A DNA stretch of 64,000 nt, taken from assembly GCA_963781585.1 (NCBI GenBank), contig CAWAGQ010000009.1, positions 1 to 64,000 on the forward strand. Direction: 5' to 3'. Source of the stretch: an uncultured Gemmatimonadaceae bacterium. Lineage in GTDB: Bacteria > Gemmatimonadota > Gemmatimonadetes > Gemmatimonadales > Gemmatimonadaceae. Under the pieces are notes generated by a model that saw nothing but the letters and a program-made list of their open reading frames with translations, searched no databases and had not been told where the DNA came from. The position numbers and the translations under genes were made by a program. Positions 49,496 to 58,893 of the stretch are shown piece after piece (the stretch's first letter is position 1; every line of letters starts with the position of its first letter).

Positions 49496-49875
49496 GCGGC
49501 GAATTCAATGCGCGCGGAGGGGCGCCGTAAAGCCGGCAGCCGGCGTGCCACGGCCAGCCGCACCTGCGTCGACGCCATACCTCCCGGAGCGCGTCGAAGC
49601 AGACCACCCCGTCGTACCGCCCCCTTTGAGCTGAAGGCTGGCAGGTGAAGGCGGAACACCGAACGCTGCAGGTTCGAGCCTCGGTCCGGTCCACCGAGTC
49701 TGTTGCACGGGGCCGAAACGGACCGGAAATTCCCTGGACCGGGGCCGTCCCCGCGGACGCGGAATCCGTGGTTGGCCGAATGCTCGAACGCGTTGTCGGT
49801 CGCCGGACCTCGGGTTCCCGATCACTCCGCGATGACCGCCACTTGCTGCCACGCCAGATCTCACTCCCGATCACG

Positions 49876-50979
49876 ATGATTCGCACACGGCAACGTCGAT
49901 CTCGGCAAGCGCGGGCTCGCGGTCTGGCGATTGCGGCCGGGTTGGCGCTCCTCGGGACCGCCACGGCGGGGGCGCAGTGGCAGCCGCTCGTCACAGGAAC
50001 CACCGCGTCGCTTCGCGGTCTGAGCGTCGTGAGCGATGACGTCGTATGGGCCAGCGGTACCCGCGGTACCGTGCTGCATACGCTCGACGGCGGCAGCACA
50101 TGGTTGGTGGACTCCATTCCCGGCGCAGCGCGGTTCGACGTGCGGGCGATCCATGCACAGAACGCACTGGTGGCGCATGCCGCGGCTACGTCGGGACGCA
50201 TCTGGCGCACCACGGACGGCGGCCGCACCTGGGCGCTCACGTACGAGGCGGCGGACACGTCGGTCTTTCTGGACGCGATAGCGTTTTTTGACGACCAGCA
50301 CGGGCTCGCGCTCGGTGACCCGATCGCTGGTCGATTTCTGCTGCTGGTGACCGATGACGGCGGGACGACCTGGCGCGAACCCGCGGAGGCATCGCGGCCG
50401 ACCGCGAGGCCGGGCGAGGCGGCGTTCGCCGCCAGCGGGACGTCTGTGGCAACCTGGGGTGGGCGCCTGGCCCTGATCGGCAGCGGGGGGAGTGTGGCGC
50501 GAGTTTTCCGAACCACGGACGCCGGACAGCACTGGACGGACGTATCGACTTCCCTGGCAAGCGGGTCGCCATCGCAGGGGATCTTCTCGGTCGCGCTCGC
50601 CGATTCCCTGTGGGGCGTGGCCGTGGGTGGCGACTATCAGCACCCCGACTCGGTGCAGGGCAACGCGGCCGTTACGCAGGACGGTGGTCGGAGCTGGCGG
50701 CCCGCGGACAGCCCTCCACACGGTTATCGTTCCGGCGTGGCCGCAATTCGGCGTGGCGGCGCCGTGGTCGCGGTCGCGGTTGGCACCACCGGGGCGGACC
50801 TCTCGCTCGACGGCGGACGGACGTGGCGGTCCCTGGGGTCCACCGCGTTCAATGCGGTCCGGTTCACCCCGGGGGGCGCGGCGATTGCGGTAGGGCCGCG
50901 TGGGACGGCGGCGCGATGGCCCCCGTTCCGCGGCGTCCTCCCGGGCGCGGGCGCATCGATCGCCATCGTCGTCCGGTAG
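49876..50979 (+). CDS. Exported BNR/Asp-box (Ycf48-like) beta-propeller protein
   Basis: Signal peptide, repeated TxDGGxTW Asp-boxes and EAAFAASGT. Confidence 0.85.
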   Translation: MIRTRQRRSRQARARGLAIAAGLALLGTATAGAQWQPLVTGTTASLRGLSVVSDDVVWASGTRGTVLHTLDGGSTWLVDSIPGAARFDVRAIHAQNALVAHAAATSGRIWRTTDGGRTWALTYEAADTSVFLDAIAFFDDQHGLALGDPIAGRFLLLVTDDGGTTWREPAEASRPTARPGEAAFAASGTSVATWGGRLALIGSGGSVARVFRTTDAGQHWTDVSTSLASGSPSQGIFSVALADSLWGVAVGGDYQHPDSVQGNAAVTQDGGRSWRPADSPPHGYRSGVAAIRRGGAVVAVAVGTTGADLSLDGGRTWRSLGSTAFNAVRFTPGGAAIAVGPRGTAARWPPFRGVLPGAGASIAIVVR

Positions 50980-51023
50980 TCGACGCGCCGGCCCGGCAAA
51001 CCTTCACACCTAACGAGCACATC

Positions 51024-51734
51024 ATGACATCGCGTTTGCGCACCCTGATCCCTGCGGTGGCCGTTCTGGCCGCCTGTCGCGGCGAATCCGCACCCAGGAC
51101 GGCCGCGGACTCGACGGCCATGCCGCAACCGACTGCAGCGAACGCGCCGGCGCCGGCGGTATTTCAGGTGCGATTCGAAACGAGCCGGGGCCCATTCGTG
51201 GTGGAGGCGCATCGCGACTGGGCGCCGCACGGCGCGGACCGGTTCTACCGGCTCGTGAACAGCGGGTTCTTCGACAAGGCACGTTTCTTCCGCGTCCTGC
51301 CGGGCTTCATCGCGCAATTCGGAATGCACGCCGATCCTGCCGTGACGGCTGCCTGGGACTCCCTGCACATTCCGGACGACCCGGCGATTCAGAGCAACAA
51401 GCGGGGCTTCGTCACGTTCGCCATGGCAATCGGCACGCCGAACTCCCGCGGCACCCAGCTTTTCATCAACTTCGTCGACAACACGAATCTGGACGCCATG
51501 GGGTTCGCGCCGATTGGCCAGGTGGTGGAGGGGATGCCGGCGGTGGACAGCCTGTACGGCGGATACGGCGAGGCGGCGCCCGACGGTCAGGGGCCCACGC
51601 AGGAGCGCATCGCGCGTGAAGGAAACGCGTATCTCGAGAAGGACTTTCCGAAACTCGACTTCATCCGCACCGCGCGCGTGTTGTCGCCGATGACAGCCGA
51701 TTCCGCGGCGATGCACGATTCGGCGAAGAAGTAG
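51024..51734 (+). CDS. Cyclophilin-type peptidyl-prolyl isomerase lipoprotein
   Basis: Lipobox LAAC, FFRVLPGFIAQFG, QLFINF and FAPIGQVVEGM. Confidence 0.9.
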   Translation: MTSRLRTLIPAVAVLAACRGESAPRTAADSTAMPQPTAANAPAPAVFQVRFETSRGPFVVEAHRDWAPHGADRFYRLVNSGFFDKARFFRVLPGFIAQFGMHADPAVTAAWDSLHIPDDPAIQSNKRGFVTFAMAIGTPNSRGTQLFINFVDNTNLDAMGFAPIGQVVEGMPAVDSLYGGYGEAAPDGQGPTQERIAREGNAYLEKDFPKLDFIRTARVLSPMTADSAAMHDSAKK

Positions 51735-51797
51735 CGGCTCGCATCCACAGCGCCGCGCCTTGCAGCGCGCGGCCCCGGCGTCAGATTCTCCGAGCCT

Positions 51798-52835
51798 ATG
51801 CGGAAGCTGGTTCTGCTGCTCGCCGGTCTGTTCGCCGTGCACATCGCGTTTCTGTTTGTGCACCCCTCGGGTGCGGCGGAGCTCGCGGCGGGCGATGGCG
51901 TCGACGTGGGCATCGTCTTCGACGTGGGCGGACGCGGCGACAAATCCTTCAACGACGGCGCCTACGTGGGCGCGACGCGCGCCCAGCGCGAACTCGGCGC
52001 CCGCGTGCGATTCATCGAGCCGGGAGAAGGGTCGGACCGCGAAGCCGGACTGCGCCTGCTTGCGGCTGAGGGGATGGACCTGGTGATCGGAGTGGGGTTC
52101 ATCTTCAGCGACGATCTCACGCAGCTTGCCGCCGAGTATCCGGGAACGCGGTTTGCCGGGATCGACTACTCGGTGGCAACCGATGCCGCCGGCAATCCGG
52201 TGGCACCACCGCCAAATCTGGCCGGACTGAAGTTCCGGGAGGAGCAGGGATCGTTCCTGGTGGGCGCTCTCGCGGCCTTGGTGGGCGGATCGAAGAAGCT
52301 CGGCTTCGTGGGGGGGATGGACTTTCCGCTCATCCACAAGTTCGAGGCAGGATATCGGGCGGGGGTCCACGCGGTCTGCCCTGACTGCGAGGTAATCGCG
52401 CAGTATGCCGGCGTGACGCCCGAGGCGTTTCGCAATCCGGGGCGCGGGCAGGAGCTGGCGCTCAGCCAATACCAGGCTGGCGTCAACGTGATCTTCCACG
52501 CCTCTGGTTCCACGGGACTGGGAGTATTCGAGGCGGCGCGTCGGCGGGGCAAGCTCGCGATCGGCGTGGATGCCGACCAGTACAGTGAGGCGCCGGGGTT
52601 CATTCTCACGTCGATGGTGAAGCGCGTCGATCAGGCGGTGTTCGACGCGGTGCGTGCGGTGAAAGACGGGACGTTCAGGGGTGGGATCTATCAGCTCGGG
52701 CTTGCCGAGCATGGCGTGGACTACGTCTACGACGACCACAACCGGGCGCTGATTCCGGATTCGGCGCGCGCCCGCGTCGAAGAGCTGCGGCGCGAGATCA
52801 TCGAGGGTCGCATCGCGGTGCCGGTCACACGATGA
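51798..52835 (+). CDS. BMP-family ABC substrate-binding protein (nucleoside)
   Basis: GGRGDKSFND, FREEQGSFLVG, GFVGGM, AIGVDADQ and TSMVKRVD. Confidence 0.9.
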   Translation: MRKLVLLLAGLFAVHIAFLFVHPSGAAELAAGDGVDVGIVFDVGGRGDKSFNDGAYVGATRAQRELGARVRFIEPGEGSDREAGLRLLAAEGMDLVIGVGFIFSDDLTQLAAEYPGTRFAGIDYSVATDAAGNPVAPPPNLAGLKFREEQGSFLVGALAALVGGSKKLGFVGGMDFPLIHKFEAGYRAGVHAVCPDCEVIAQYAGVTPEAFRNPGRGQELALSQYQAGVNVIFHASGSTGLGVFEAARRRGKLAIGVDADQYSEAPGFILTSMVKRVDQAVFDAVRAVKDGTFRGGIYQLGLAEHGVDYVYDDHNRALIPDSARARVEELRREIIEGRIAVPVTR

Positions 52836-52851
52836 GATCCGGCGAAGGCCC

Positions 52852-54432
52852 GTGACCGCGGCCCTGGAGGCCCGGGGAATCCGGAAGTCGTTCGGTGCGG
52901 TGGTGGCCAACCGCGGCGCGTCGCTTCAGGTCGCGCGTGGCGGGATTCACGCGGTGGTAGGCGAGAACGGCGCCGGAAAGTCGACGCTGATGCGCATTCT
53001 GGCCGGACTCATTCGGCCGGATGACGGTACGGTCCTGGTGAGCGGCCGCGATGTGACCGGCTGGACGACTCGCGAGGCGATCGCCGCCGGGGTCGGCATG
53101 GTGCACCAGCACTTCATGCTCGTCCCGACCCTCACTGTCGGCGAGAACCTGGTGCTGGGGCGTGAGATGACGCAGGGCCCCTGGCTGGATCGCGCCGCGG
53201 CCGATCGCGCGGTTGTCTCGTTAGGTGTGGAGACCGGTCTGGTGGTCGCCCCCGATCGCCTGGTGGCCGGGTTGACGGTGGGCGAGGCCCAGCGGGTGGA
53301 GATCCTCAAGGTGCTGTGGCGCGGGGCGCGGATCCTGATCCTCGACGAACCAACGGCGGTTCTGTCGCCGCCCGAAGTGCGGGAACTCTGGGCCGTGCTG
53401 CGTCGCCTGCGTGACGCCGACGCCGCCGTCGTCCTGATCACGCACAAGCTGGACGAGGTCATCGAGATTTCCGATACGGTCACGGTCATGCGCGCCGGCG
53501 AGACGGTGGAGCGTCTTGCCACTCGGGAGGCCACACCCTCGGCGCTTGCGAGAATGATGGTGGGCCGCGATGTAGAGCTGGTATCGGTCGGAGCGGCGAT
53601 GACGGACCATGACCCCGGCGCTCCGACGCGGGGAACGGATCGCGCAGCCGGTGTGCCGCCAGAGGCCGACCAACCGCCGGCGCTGGTGGTCCGGGAACTC
53701 AGCGTGACCACGCCGCTTCGACCTCGCGCGGTGGACCGCGTCACGTTCGCGGTCGCTCCCGGCGAGATTCTCGGGATCGCCGGGGTGGAGGGGAACGGGC
53801 AGACCGAACTGGTGGAGGCGGTGGCGGGGCTGCGGGAGGTCTCGTCGGGGAGCGTGCGGCTGGGCGACCGCGACATCACGCATGCGTCGGTTCGTGGGCG
53901 CAGCGATTGCGGGCTGTCGCATATTCCGGAGGACCGCCAGCACCGTGGTCTGATTCTCGATTTCCCGGTGGCGGACAACCTCATCCTGGGACAGCAGCAT
54001 CGGTTTTCCAGGCGCGGAGCGATCGAGCGCGACGAGGTCGCGGCCAATGCGCGGCACCAGATCGCGGCGTTCGACATCCGGCCGCCCGAACCGTTGCTCG
54101 CGGCGCGCGCGTTGTCCGGCGGCAATCAGCAGAAGGTGGTTGTGGCCCGCGAGATGGGGCGCGACTTCACGGTGCTGGTGGCAGCCCAGCCCACGCGTGG
54201 CGTGGATGTGGGTGCGATCGAGTTCATCCACGCACAGCTGCGCGCGGCGCGCGACGCGGGAAAGGCGGTGATCCTCGTCTCGGCGGACCTGGCCGAGGTG
54301 CTCTCGCTCTCCGATCGGGTCGCGGTCATGTTCGGCGGCCGGTTCGTCGCCGTGCTTTCACGCGCAGCGGCCACGGTGGAGGTGGTGGGGCGGTACATGA
54401 CGGGGCTGTCGGGCACGGGGGCCGCGGCGTGA
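52852..54432 (+). CDS. ABC transporter ATP-binding protein (two-domain, sugar/nucleoside type)
   Basis: GENGAGKST, ILDEPT, GVEGNGQ, LSGGNQQK and PTRGVD. Confidence 0.93.
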   Translation: MTAALEARGIRKSFGAVVANRGASLQVARGGIHAVVGENGAGKSTLMRILAGLIRPDDGTVLVSGRDVTGWTTREAIAAGVGMVHQHFMLVPTLTVGENLVLGREMTQGPWLDRAAADRAVVSLGVETGLVVAPDRLVAGLTVGEAQRVEILKVLWRGARILILDEPTAVLSPPEVRELWAVLRRLRDADAAVVLITHKLDEVIEISDTVTVMRAGETVERLATREATPSALARMMVGRDVELVSVGAAMTDHDPGAPTRGTDRAAGVPPEADQPPALVVRELSVTTPLRPRAVDRVTFAVAPGEILGIAGVEGNGQTELVEAVAGLREVSSGSVRLGDRDITHASVRGRSDCGLSHIPEDRQHRGLILDFPVADNLILGQQHRFSRRGAIERDEVAANARHQIAAFDIRPPEPLLAARALSGGNQQKVVVAREMGRDFTVLVAAQPTRGVDVGAIEFIHAQLRAARDAGKAVILVSADLAEVLSLSDRVAVMFGGRFVAVLSRAAATVEVVGRYMTGLSGTGAAA

Positions 54433-55484
54433 CCTCCGGATCGCGGATGGCGACGGTGGTGCTGCCGGCGCTGCTGGCGCTCCTGATCGCGGCGGTGGTG
54501 GGCGACGTGCTGATCGTGTCGTTCGGGCAGCCGCCCGGGAGCGTGTTCCGCCTGTTGCTGGAGGGGACGTGGGGGAACGCGTACGGCCTGGGCCAGGTGC
54601 TGTACAAGGCGACGACGCTCTCGTTCACCGGCCTGTCCGTCGCGTTAGGCATCCGGGCGGGGTTGTTCAACGTCGGGGCGGAGAGTCAACTGGCGGTGGG
54701 CGGCTTCTGCGCCGCGCTGGCCGGCCTGGCACTTCCCGCCGGCGCCCCGGCCCCGGTGGCGGTGGGGCTCTGCCTGGCGGCCGCGGCGTTAGGCGGGGGG
54801 CTGGCCGGTGCCGTGCCGGGCGTCCTCAAGGCACGCTTCGGCGCCAGCGAAGTCATTGTCACCATCATGCTCAACTTCGTCATCCTGGCGCTCCTGAACT
54901 GGATCGTGTCATCCCGGCTGCACGTGGCCGAGTCGCTGCACACAGGGACGATTCACGCCGGGGCGGTGCCGCGCCTGTCGGCCGCGGCCTCCATGTTCCA
55001 CGGGTCGGCGGCGAACTTCACGATGCTGTTCGCGGCCAGCGCCGCGGTGCTGACCGGATGGTACCTCTTCCGCACCCGGGCCGGATACGATCTGCGCGCG
55101 GTGGGACTGCAGCCCGGGGCGGCGCAGTATGGCGGCGTGCGGGTGGGAAATGTCTACCTCTGGACACTCATCCTCTCGGGCGCGCTCGCCGGCCTGGGAG
55201 GAACCAACTACGTGCTGGGTTACAAGCGGTACTACGAGGACGGATTCGCGGGCGGCGCCGGCTTTCTGGGAATCGCGGTTGCGCTGGTGGGGCGCAATCA
55301 TCCCGCCGGGGTCGTCGTCGCCGCGCTGCTGTTCGCGACGATCTCCCAGGGCGGTCTGGCCGTGAACGCCCTCGTGCCGAAGCAGATGGTCGAGGTGCTG
55401 ACGGCGGTGGTGATCATCGCCGTCGCAGCCACTGTCCCCGAGGTACAGCGGATGCTGCGGGCCGCTCGCCGGGCGCCGTCATGA
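54429..55484 (+). CDS. ABC transporter permease
   Basis: AGLFNVGAESQ, SEVIVTIMLN and GFLGIAVALVG. GTGA overlap. Confidence 0.9.
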   Translation: MTSGSRMATVVLPALLALLIAAVVGDVLIVSFGQPPGSVFRLLLEGTWGNAYGLGQVLYKATTLSFTGLSVALGIRAGLFNVGAESQLAVGGFCAALAGLALPAGAPAPVAVGLCLAAAALGGGLAGAVPGVLKARFGASEVIVTIMLNFVILALLNWIVSSRLHVAESLHTGTIHAGAVPRLSAAASMFHGSAANFTMLFAASAAVLTGWYLFRTRAGYDLRAVGLQPGAAQYGGVRVGNVYLWTLILSGALAGLGGTNYVLGYKRYYEDGFAGGAGFLGIAVALVGRNHPAGVVVAALLFATISQGGLAVNALVPKQMVEVLTAVVIIAVAATVPEVQRMLRAARRAPS

Positions 55485-56395
55485 GCCTGCTCGCCTTCCT
55501 GGTGCAGACGCTCCGGATCGCGACGCCGTATCTCCTCGCGGCATCCGGAGGCGTCCTCTCGGAACGAGCCGGGATCATCGCGCTCACTCTCGAGGGGTGG
55601 ATGCTGACCGGCGCGTTCTGTGCCGCCATTGGCAGCTACTTCGCCCACTCACCCTGGGTGGGCGTGGCCTGTGGGCTGGGCGGTGGCGTGCTCGCGGGAC
55701 TACTGCACGCGCTGGTGAGCATCCGTTATCGTGCGAATCAGGTGGTGACCGGCATCGCCGCCAATCTGCTGGCGGTGGGCCTGACCCGGTTCTTTCTGCG
55801 GCTGGCGTTCGACAGCTCCTCGAATTCGCCTCGGGTGCCCGGATTCGACTGGTTCGCCGCCACCGGCGGCGGGTCGACCGCGTCGGCGGGGGGCGCGGGA
55901 GTCATCCTCTCGTCCGTCGCGAACCCGCTGGTGGTGTTCGGTATTCTTTCTCTGCTCCTTGTGTCGACGCTGCTGTCGCGGACACCGTTCGGGTTGCGGG
56001 TGCGGGCCGTGGGGGAGAAGCCCGAGGCGGCGGAGTCGGTCGGCGTGCCGGTGGCGCGCATCCAGTGGTTCGCGGTCGGCCTGGCAGGGGGACTGACCGC
56101 CCTCGGCGGTACGTACCTCGCGCTCGATCAACATCAGTTCACGGACAGCATGACCGCCGGACGCGGGTTCATTGCCCTGGCGGCGGTGATTTTCGGTAAC
56201 TGGCGGCCGGCGCGGGTGGCGGCGGGATGTTTCCTGTTCGCCGCCGCCGAGGCGCTGCAAATCCAGCTGCAGGGACTCCAGGTGATTCCGTCCCAGTTCG
56301 TCGAGATGATTCCCTACGTGTTGACCATCGTCGCACTCGCCGGGGTGGTGGGCAGGGCCACGCCGCCGGCCGCACTCGGACGCGCGGCGAGCTGA
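55481..56395 (+). CDS. ABC transporter permease
   Basis: SERAG...EGWML, GLRVRAVGE, GRGFIALAAVIFG and PYVLT. ATGA overlap. Confidence 0.9.
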   Translation: MSLLAFLVQTLRIATPYLLAASGGVLSERAGIIALTLEGWMLTGAFCAAIGSYFAHSPWVGVACGLGGGVLAGLLHALVSIRYRANQVVTGIAANLLAVGLTRFFLRLAFDSSSNSPRVPGFDWFAATGGGSTASAGGAGVILSSVANPLVVFGILSLLLVSTLLSRTPFGLRVRAVGEKPEAAESVGVPVARIQWFAVGLAGGLTALGGTYLALDQHQFTDSMTAGRGFIALAAVIFGNWRPARVAAGCFLFAAAEALQIQLQGLQVIPSQFVEMIPYVLTIVALAGVVGRATPPAALGRAAS

Positions 56396-56401
56396 CGACG
56401 G

Positions 56402-57931
56402 ATGCCACTCGAGGTGGGCAGCGGCTTCGAATCGCCGCTCGTGCGTGCCGGGCTGGCCGTCATTGGGGCCGCGCTGCTGTACGTGCTGGCCCGCGAGGTT
56501 CGGAAGATCCCGCCCAAGCTCTTCGTGCTGATGGCCACGGCGTTCATCGACATGCTGGGGCTGCTGATGATCATCCCGCTGCTGCCCTTCTACGTGAAGC
56601 AGCTCGGTGGCAACGGGTTCCAGCTGTTCGGGACCCGGGTGGGGATCGGGATGATCACCGGATTCATCGTGTCGGCGTTCACGGTGGCACAGTTGCTCAG
56701 TTCACCGATGTGGGGGCGCTTCTCGGACCGCTTCGGGCGCCGACCGGCGTTGCTCATCGCACTGGGCGCCGAGGGCATCGCTTTCCTGATATTCGGATTT
56801 GCGAACTCGCTGTGGCTGCTGTTCCTGTCGCGGATCGTCCAGGGCGCCGGCGGCGGGACGGTCGGGGTGATCCAGGCCTATGTGGCCGACGCCACCGAAC
56901 CGGAGAACCGGGCCCGCAGCCTGGGCTGGCTGTCGGCGGCCACCAACCTGGGCGTGGCGCTGGGCCCGGTACTGGGAACATTCGCTGTCTCGTTAGGCGA
57001 GCAGGATCTGCTGCCGGGTGCGGGCACGCTGCACATGGGGCGGGCCGCCCCCGGAATCGCCGCCGCCTGCCTCTGCTTCCTCAACATCCTGTTCGCGCGC
57101 CGGTACCTCACCGAGACGCGCCATTCGGCCCTGCACCGGCACCAGCCGCAACGACGCTCGCGCGAGGCGGTGCGGCGGGTCATTACGCACTCCGCCGAGC
57201 CGGCGTCGCGCCTGATCTGGATCTACGCGATCGCCATGGGCGCGTTCAACGGCGCCACGGCTGTGCTGGCGCTCTTCCTCAACGCCCGGTTCCAGGTCAC
57301 CGAGAAGACCATCGGGTACTTCTTCATGTACATCGGCGCCATCTCGGTCTTCACCCGCGTGCTGCTGCTGGGCAAGGCGGTGGACCGGCTGGGCGAGGCC
57401 CGCCTGTCGCGGGTCGGCGTGGTGTTACTGTCACTCGGCCTGGCGCTGATGCCGCTGTCGCGCCACCTCGGGATGCTCGCATTCGCTGTGGCCCTCATTC
57501 CGTTGGGCACCGCGTTCACCTTCCCCTGCGTCACCTCGCTCCTGTCGCGGGTAATCTCGCCCGACGAGCGCGGCCTGTTCATGGGCCTGCAGCAGACCTT
57601 CGGGGGCGTGGCCCGCGTCATCGCCCCGCTCTGGGCCGGATTCGCCTTCGACCATCTCGGGATCGGGGTGCCGTTCTACAGCGCGGCGGTGTTCGTCCTC
57701 GCCACTATCTCGCTCGGACTCGGCCTCGACCAGTACGCGAAGCACAGCGTGCCGGCCGCGGGAGTGAGCTCGCAATCCGCGGCGGCCATGGCAGCGGTCC
57801 CGGAATCGCCGGGTGACGGGAAGATGGCGCATCTCGCCCCCGCTGCCGGGGCGGCGATCGCCGACGCGCATCGCACCGCCGCCCCCGTCCCCGGTCCGGT
57901 ACCGCACGCTTCCCCACCCCGATCCGACTGA
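56402..57931 (+). CDS. MFS transporter (TetA/DHA1-like)
   Basis: Motif A GRFSDRFGRRP, RIVQG, AYVAD and GPVLG. Confidence 0.9.
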   Translation: MPLEVGSGFESPLVRAGLAVIGAALLYVLAREVRKIPPKLFVLMATAFIDMLGLLMIIPLLPFYVKQLGGNGFQLFGTRVGIGMITGFIVSAFTVAQLLSSPMWGRFSDRFGRRPALLIALGAEGIAFLIFGFANSLWLLFLSRIVQGAGGGTVGVIQAYVADATEPENRARSLGWLSAATNLGVALGPVLGTFAVSLGEQDLLPGAGTLHMGRAAPGIAAACLCFLNILFARRYLTETRHSALHRHQPQRRSREAVRRVITHSAEPASRLIWIYAIAMGAFNGATAVLALFLNARFQVTEKTIGYFFMYIGAISVFTRVLLLGKAVDRLGEARLSRVGVVLLSLGLALMPLSRHLGMLAFAVALIPLGTAFTFPCVTSLLSRVISPDERGLFMGLQQTFGGVARVIAPLWAGFAFDHLGIGVPFYSAAVFVLATISLGLGLDQYAKHSVPAAGVSSQSAAAMAAVPESPGDGKMAHLAPAAGAAIADAHRTAAPVPGPVPHASPPRSD

Positions 57932-57976
57932 CGCGCCACAGCGCGGAGGCGCGTGCCCGCGAACGCTCCGCCACCG

Positions 57977-58768
57977 TCAGCGCGGAGCGCCCTCGAGATC
58001 CCGAATCCAGATGTTGCGATACCGGACCCTGTGTCCGTGATCCTGGAGGCTGATGGGCAGACGATCGGCGTGCGCCTGATACGGGGGACGCTGCTGATGC
58101 GCCGTGGGACCGGTGAGTTCGACGTGATCCTGCACCAGAACGCCGTTGTGAAAGACCGTCATGATGGCGGGACTGGTGACGTGGCCGTCGGCGCCGAAGC
58201 GCGGGCGGCGGAAGACGATATCGTAGCTCTGCCAGACGCCGGGCGCGCGCGAGGCGTTCACCAGCGGCGGATACTGGCCGTAGATCGCGGCGGCCTGGCC
58301 ATCGGCATAGGTGCGGTTGCCGTACGAGTCGAGGACCTGCACTTCGTACAACCCCATGAGGTACACGCCGCTGTTTCCGCGATCCTGACCCTCACCGGAG
58401 GCCGGCGCAGGGCTCGCCCACTCCACGTGGAGTTGTGCGTCGCCGAATCCCTGTTGCGTCTGGATGCTGCCGGTGCCAGGGGCAACCTCGAAGTACCCGT
58501 CGTGCACCGTCCACTTCGCGGGCCCCCCAGTCGCGGAGGTCCAGTTTTCGAGACCGTGGCCGTCGAACAGCACCACGGCGTCGTGGGGCGGAGGCACGGG
58601 CAGTGCGCCGGGCCCTGGATCCACGACTGGAGGAACGGGACGTTCCATGGAGTGCTGCGGCCAGTCGCCCGGCTTCTGCGCGGAGGCTTGGGAGGGCTGC
58701 ATTGCCTGCATAACGAGCGCGGTGAGGGAGAGACTCAGGGTGCTGCGGAGAGGGTGTCTGGAGTTCAT
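57977..58768 (-). CDS. DUF1080 (3-keto-disaccharide hydrolase-like) exported protein
   Basis: LFDG, FGDAQLHVEW, RGNSGVY, YEVQVLDS, WQSYDI, LQDHG and YRNIWIR. Signal peptide. Confidence 0.88.
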   Translation of the reverse strand: MNSRHPLRSTLSLSLTALVMQAMQPSQASAQKPGDWPQHSMERPVPPVVDPGPGALPVPPPHDAVVLFDGHGLENWTSATGGPAKWTVHDGYFEVAPGTGSIQTQQGFGDAQLHVEWASPAPASGEGQDRGNSGVYLMGLYEVQVLDSYGNRTYADGQAAAIYGQYPPLVNASRAPGVWQSYDIVFRRPRFGADGHVTSPAIMTVFHNGVLVQDHVELTGPTAHQQRPPYQAHADRLPISLQDHGHRVRYRNIWIRDLEGAPR

Positions 58769-58886
58769 GGCTCAAGGCTCATGGATCAATGCTCATAGCT
58801 CATGCCTCATACTTCACAGCTATAGCTCAACGCTCGCACCCAGCGCACTTCGCTGACAGCTGACCGCTGACGGCGGACAACTGACG
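58763..58886. repeat. Two blocks of degenerate heptamer tandem repeats
   Basis: About 10 GCTCAT(A/G)-like units at 58763-58831 and 5 GCTGACN-like units at 58852-58886. Confidence 0.8.
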
Positions 58887-58893
58887 ACCGCCC

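Noticed and set aside
49665..49700. tRNA-like GGTTCGAGCC...CCA string
   Set aside because: No 5-bp T stem, acceptor stem or D/anticodon arms can be built.
50724..52910. 728-aa minus-strand ORF and other long antisense or alternate-frame ORFs (e.g. 19115..21028, 41661..43241, 26805..28571)
   Set aside because: They overlap well-supported genes, are Arg/Ala/Pro-rich without motifs, and are expected shadow ORFs in high-GC DNA.
58763..58886. CRISPR array
   Set aside because: Units are 7 nt and contiguous, with no spacers and no cas genes in the window.
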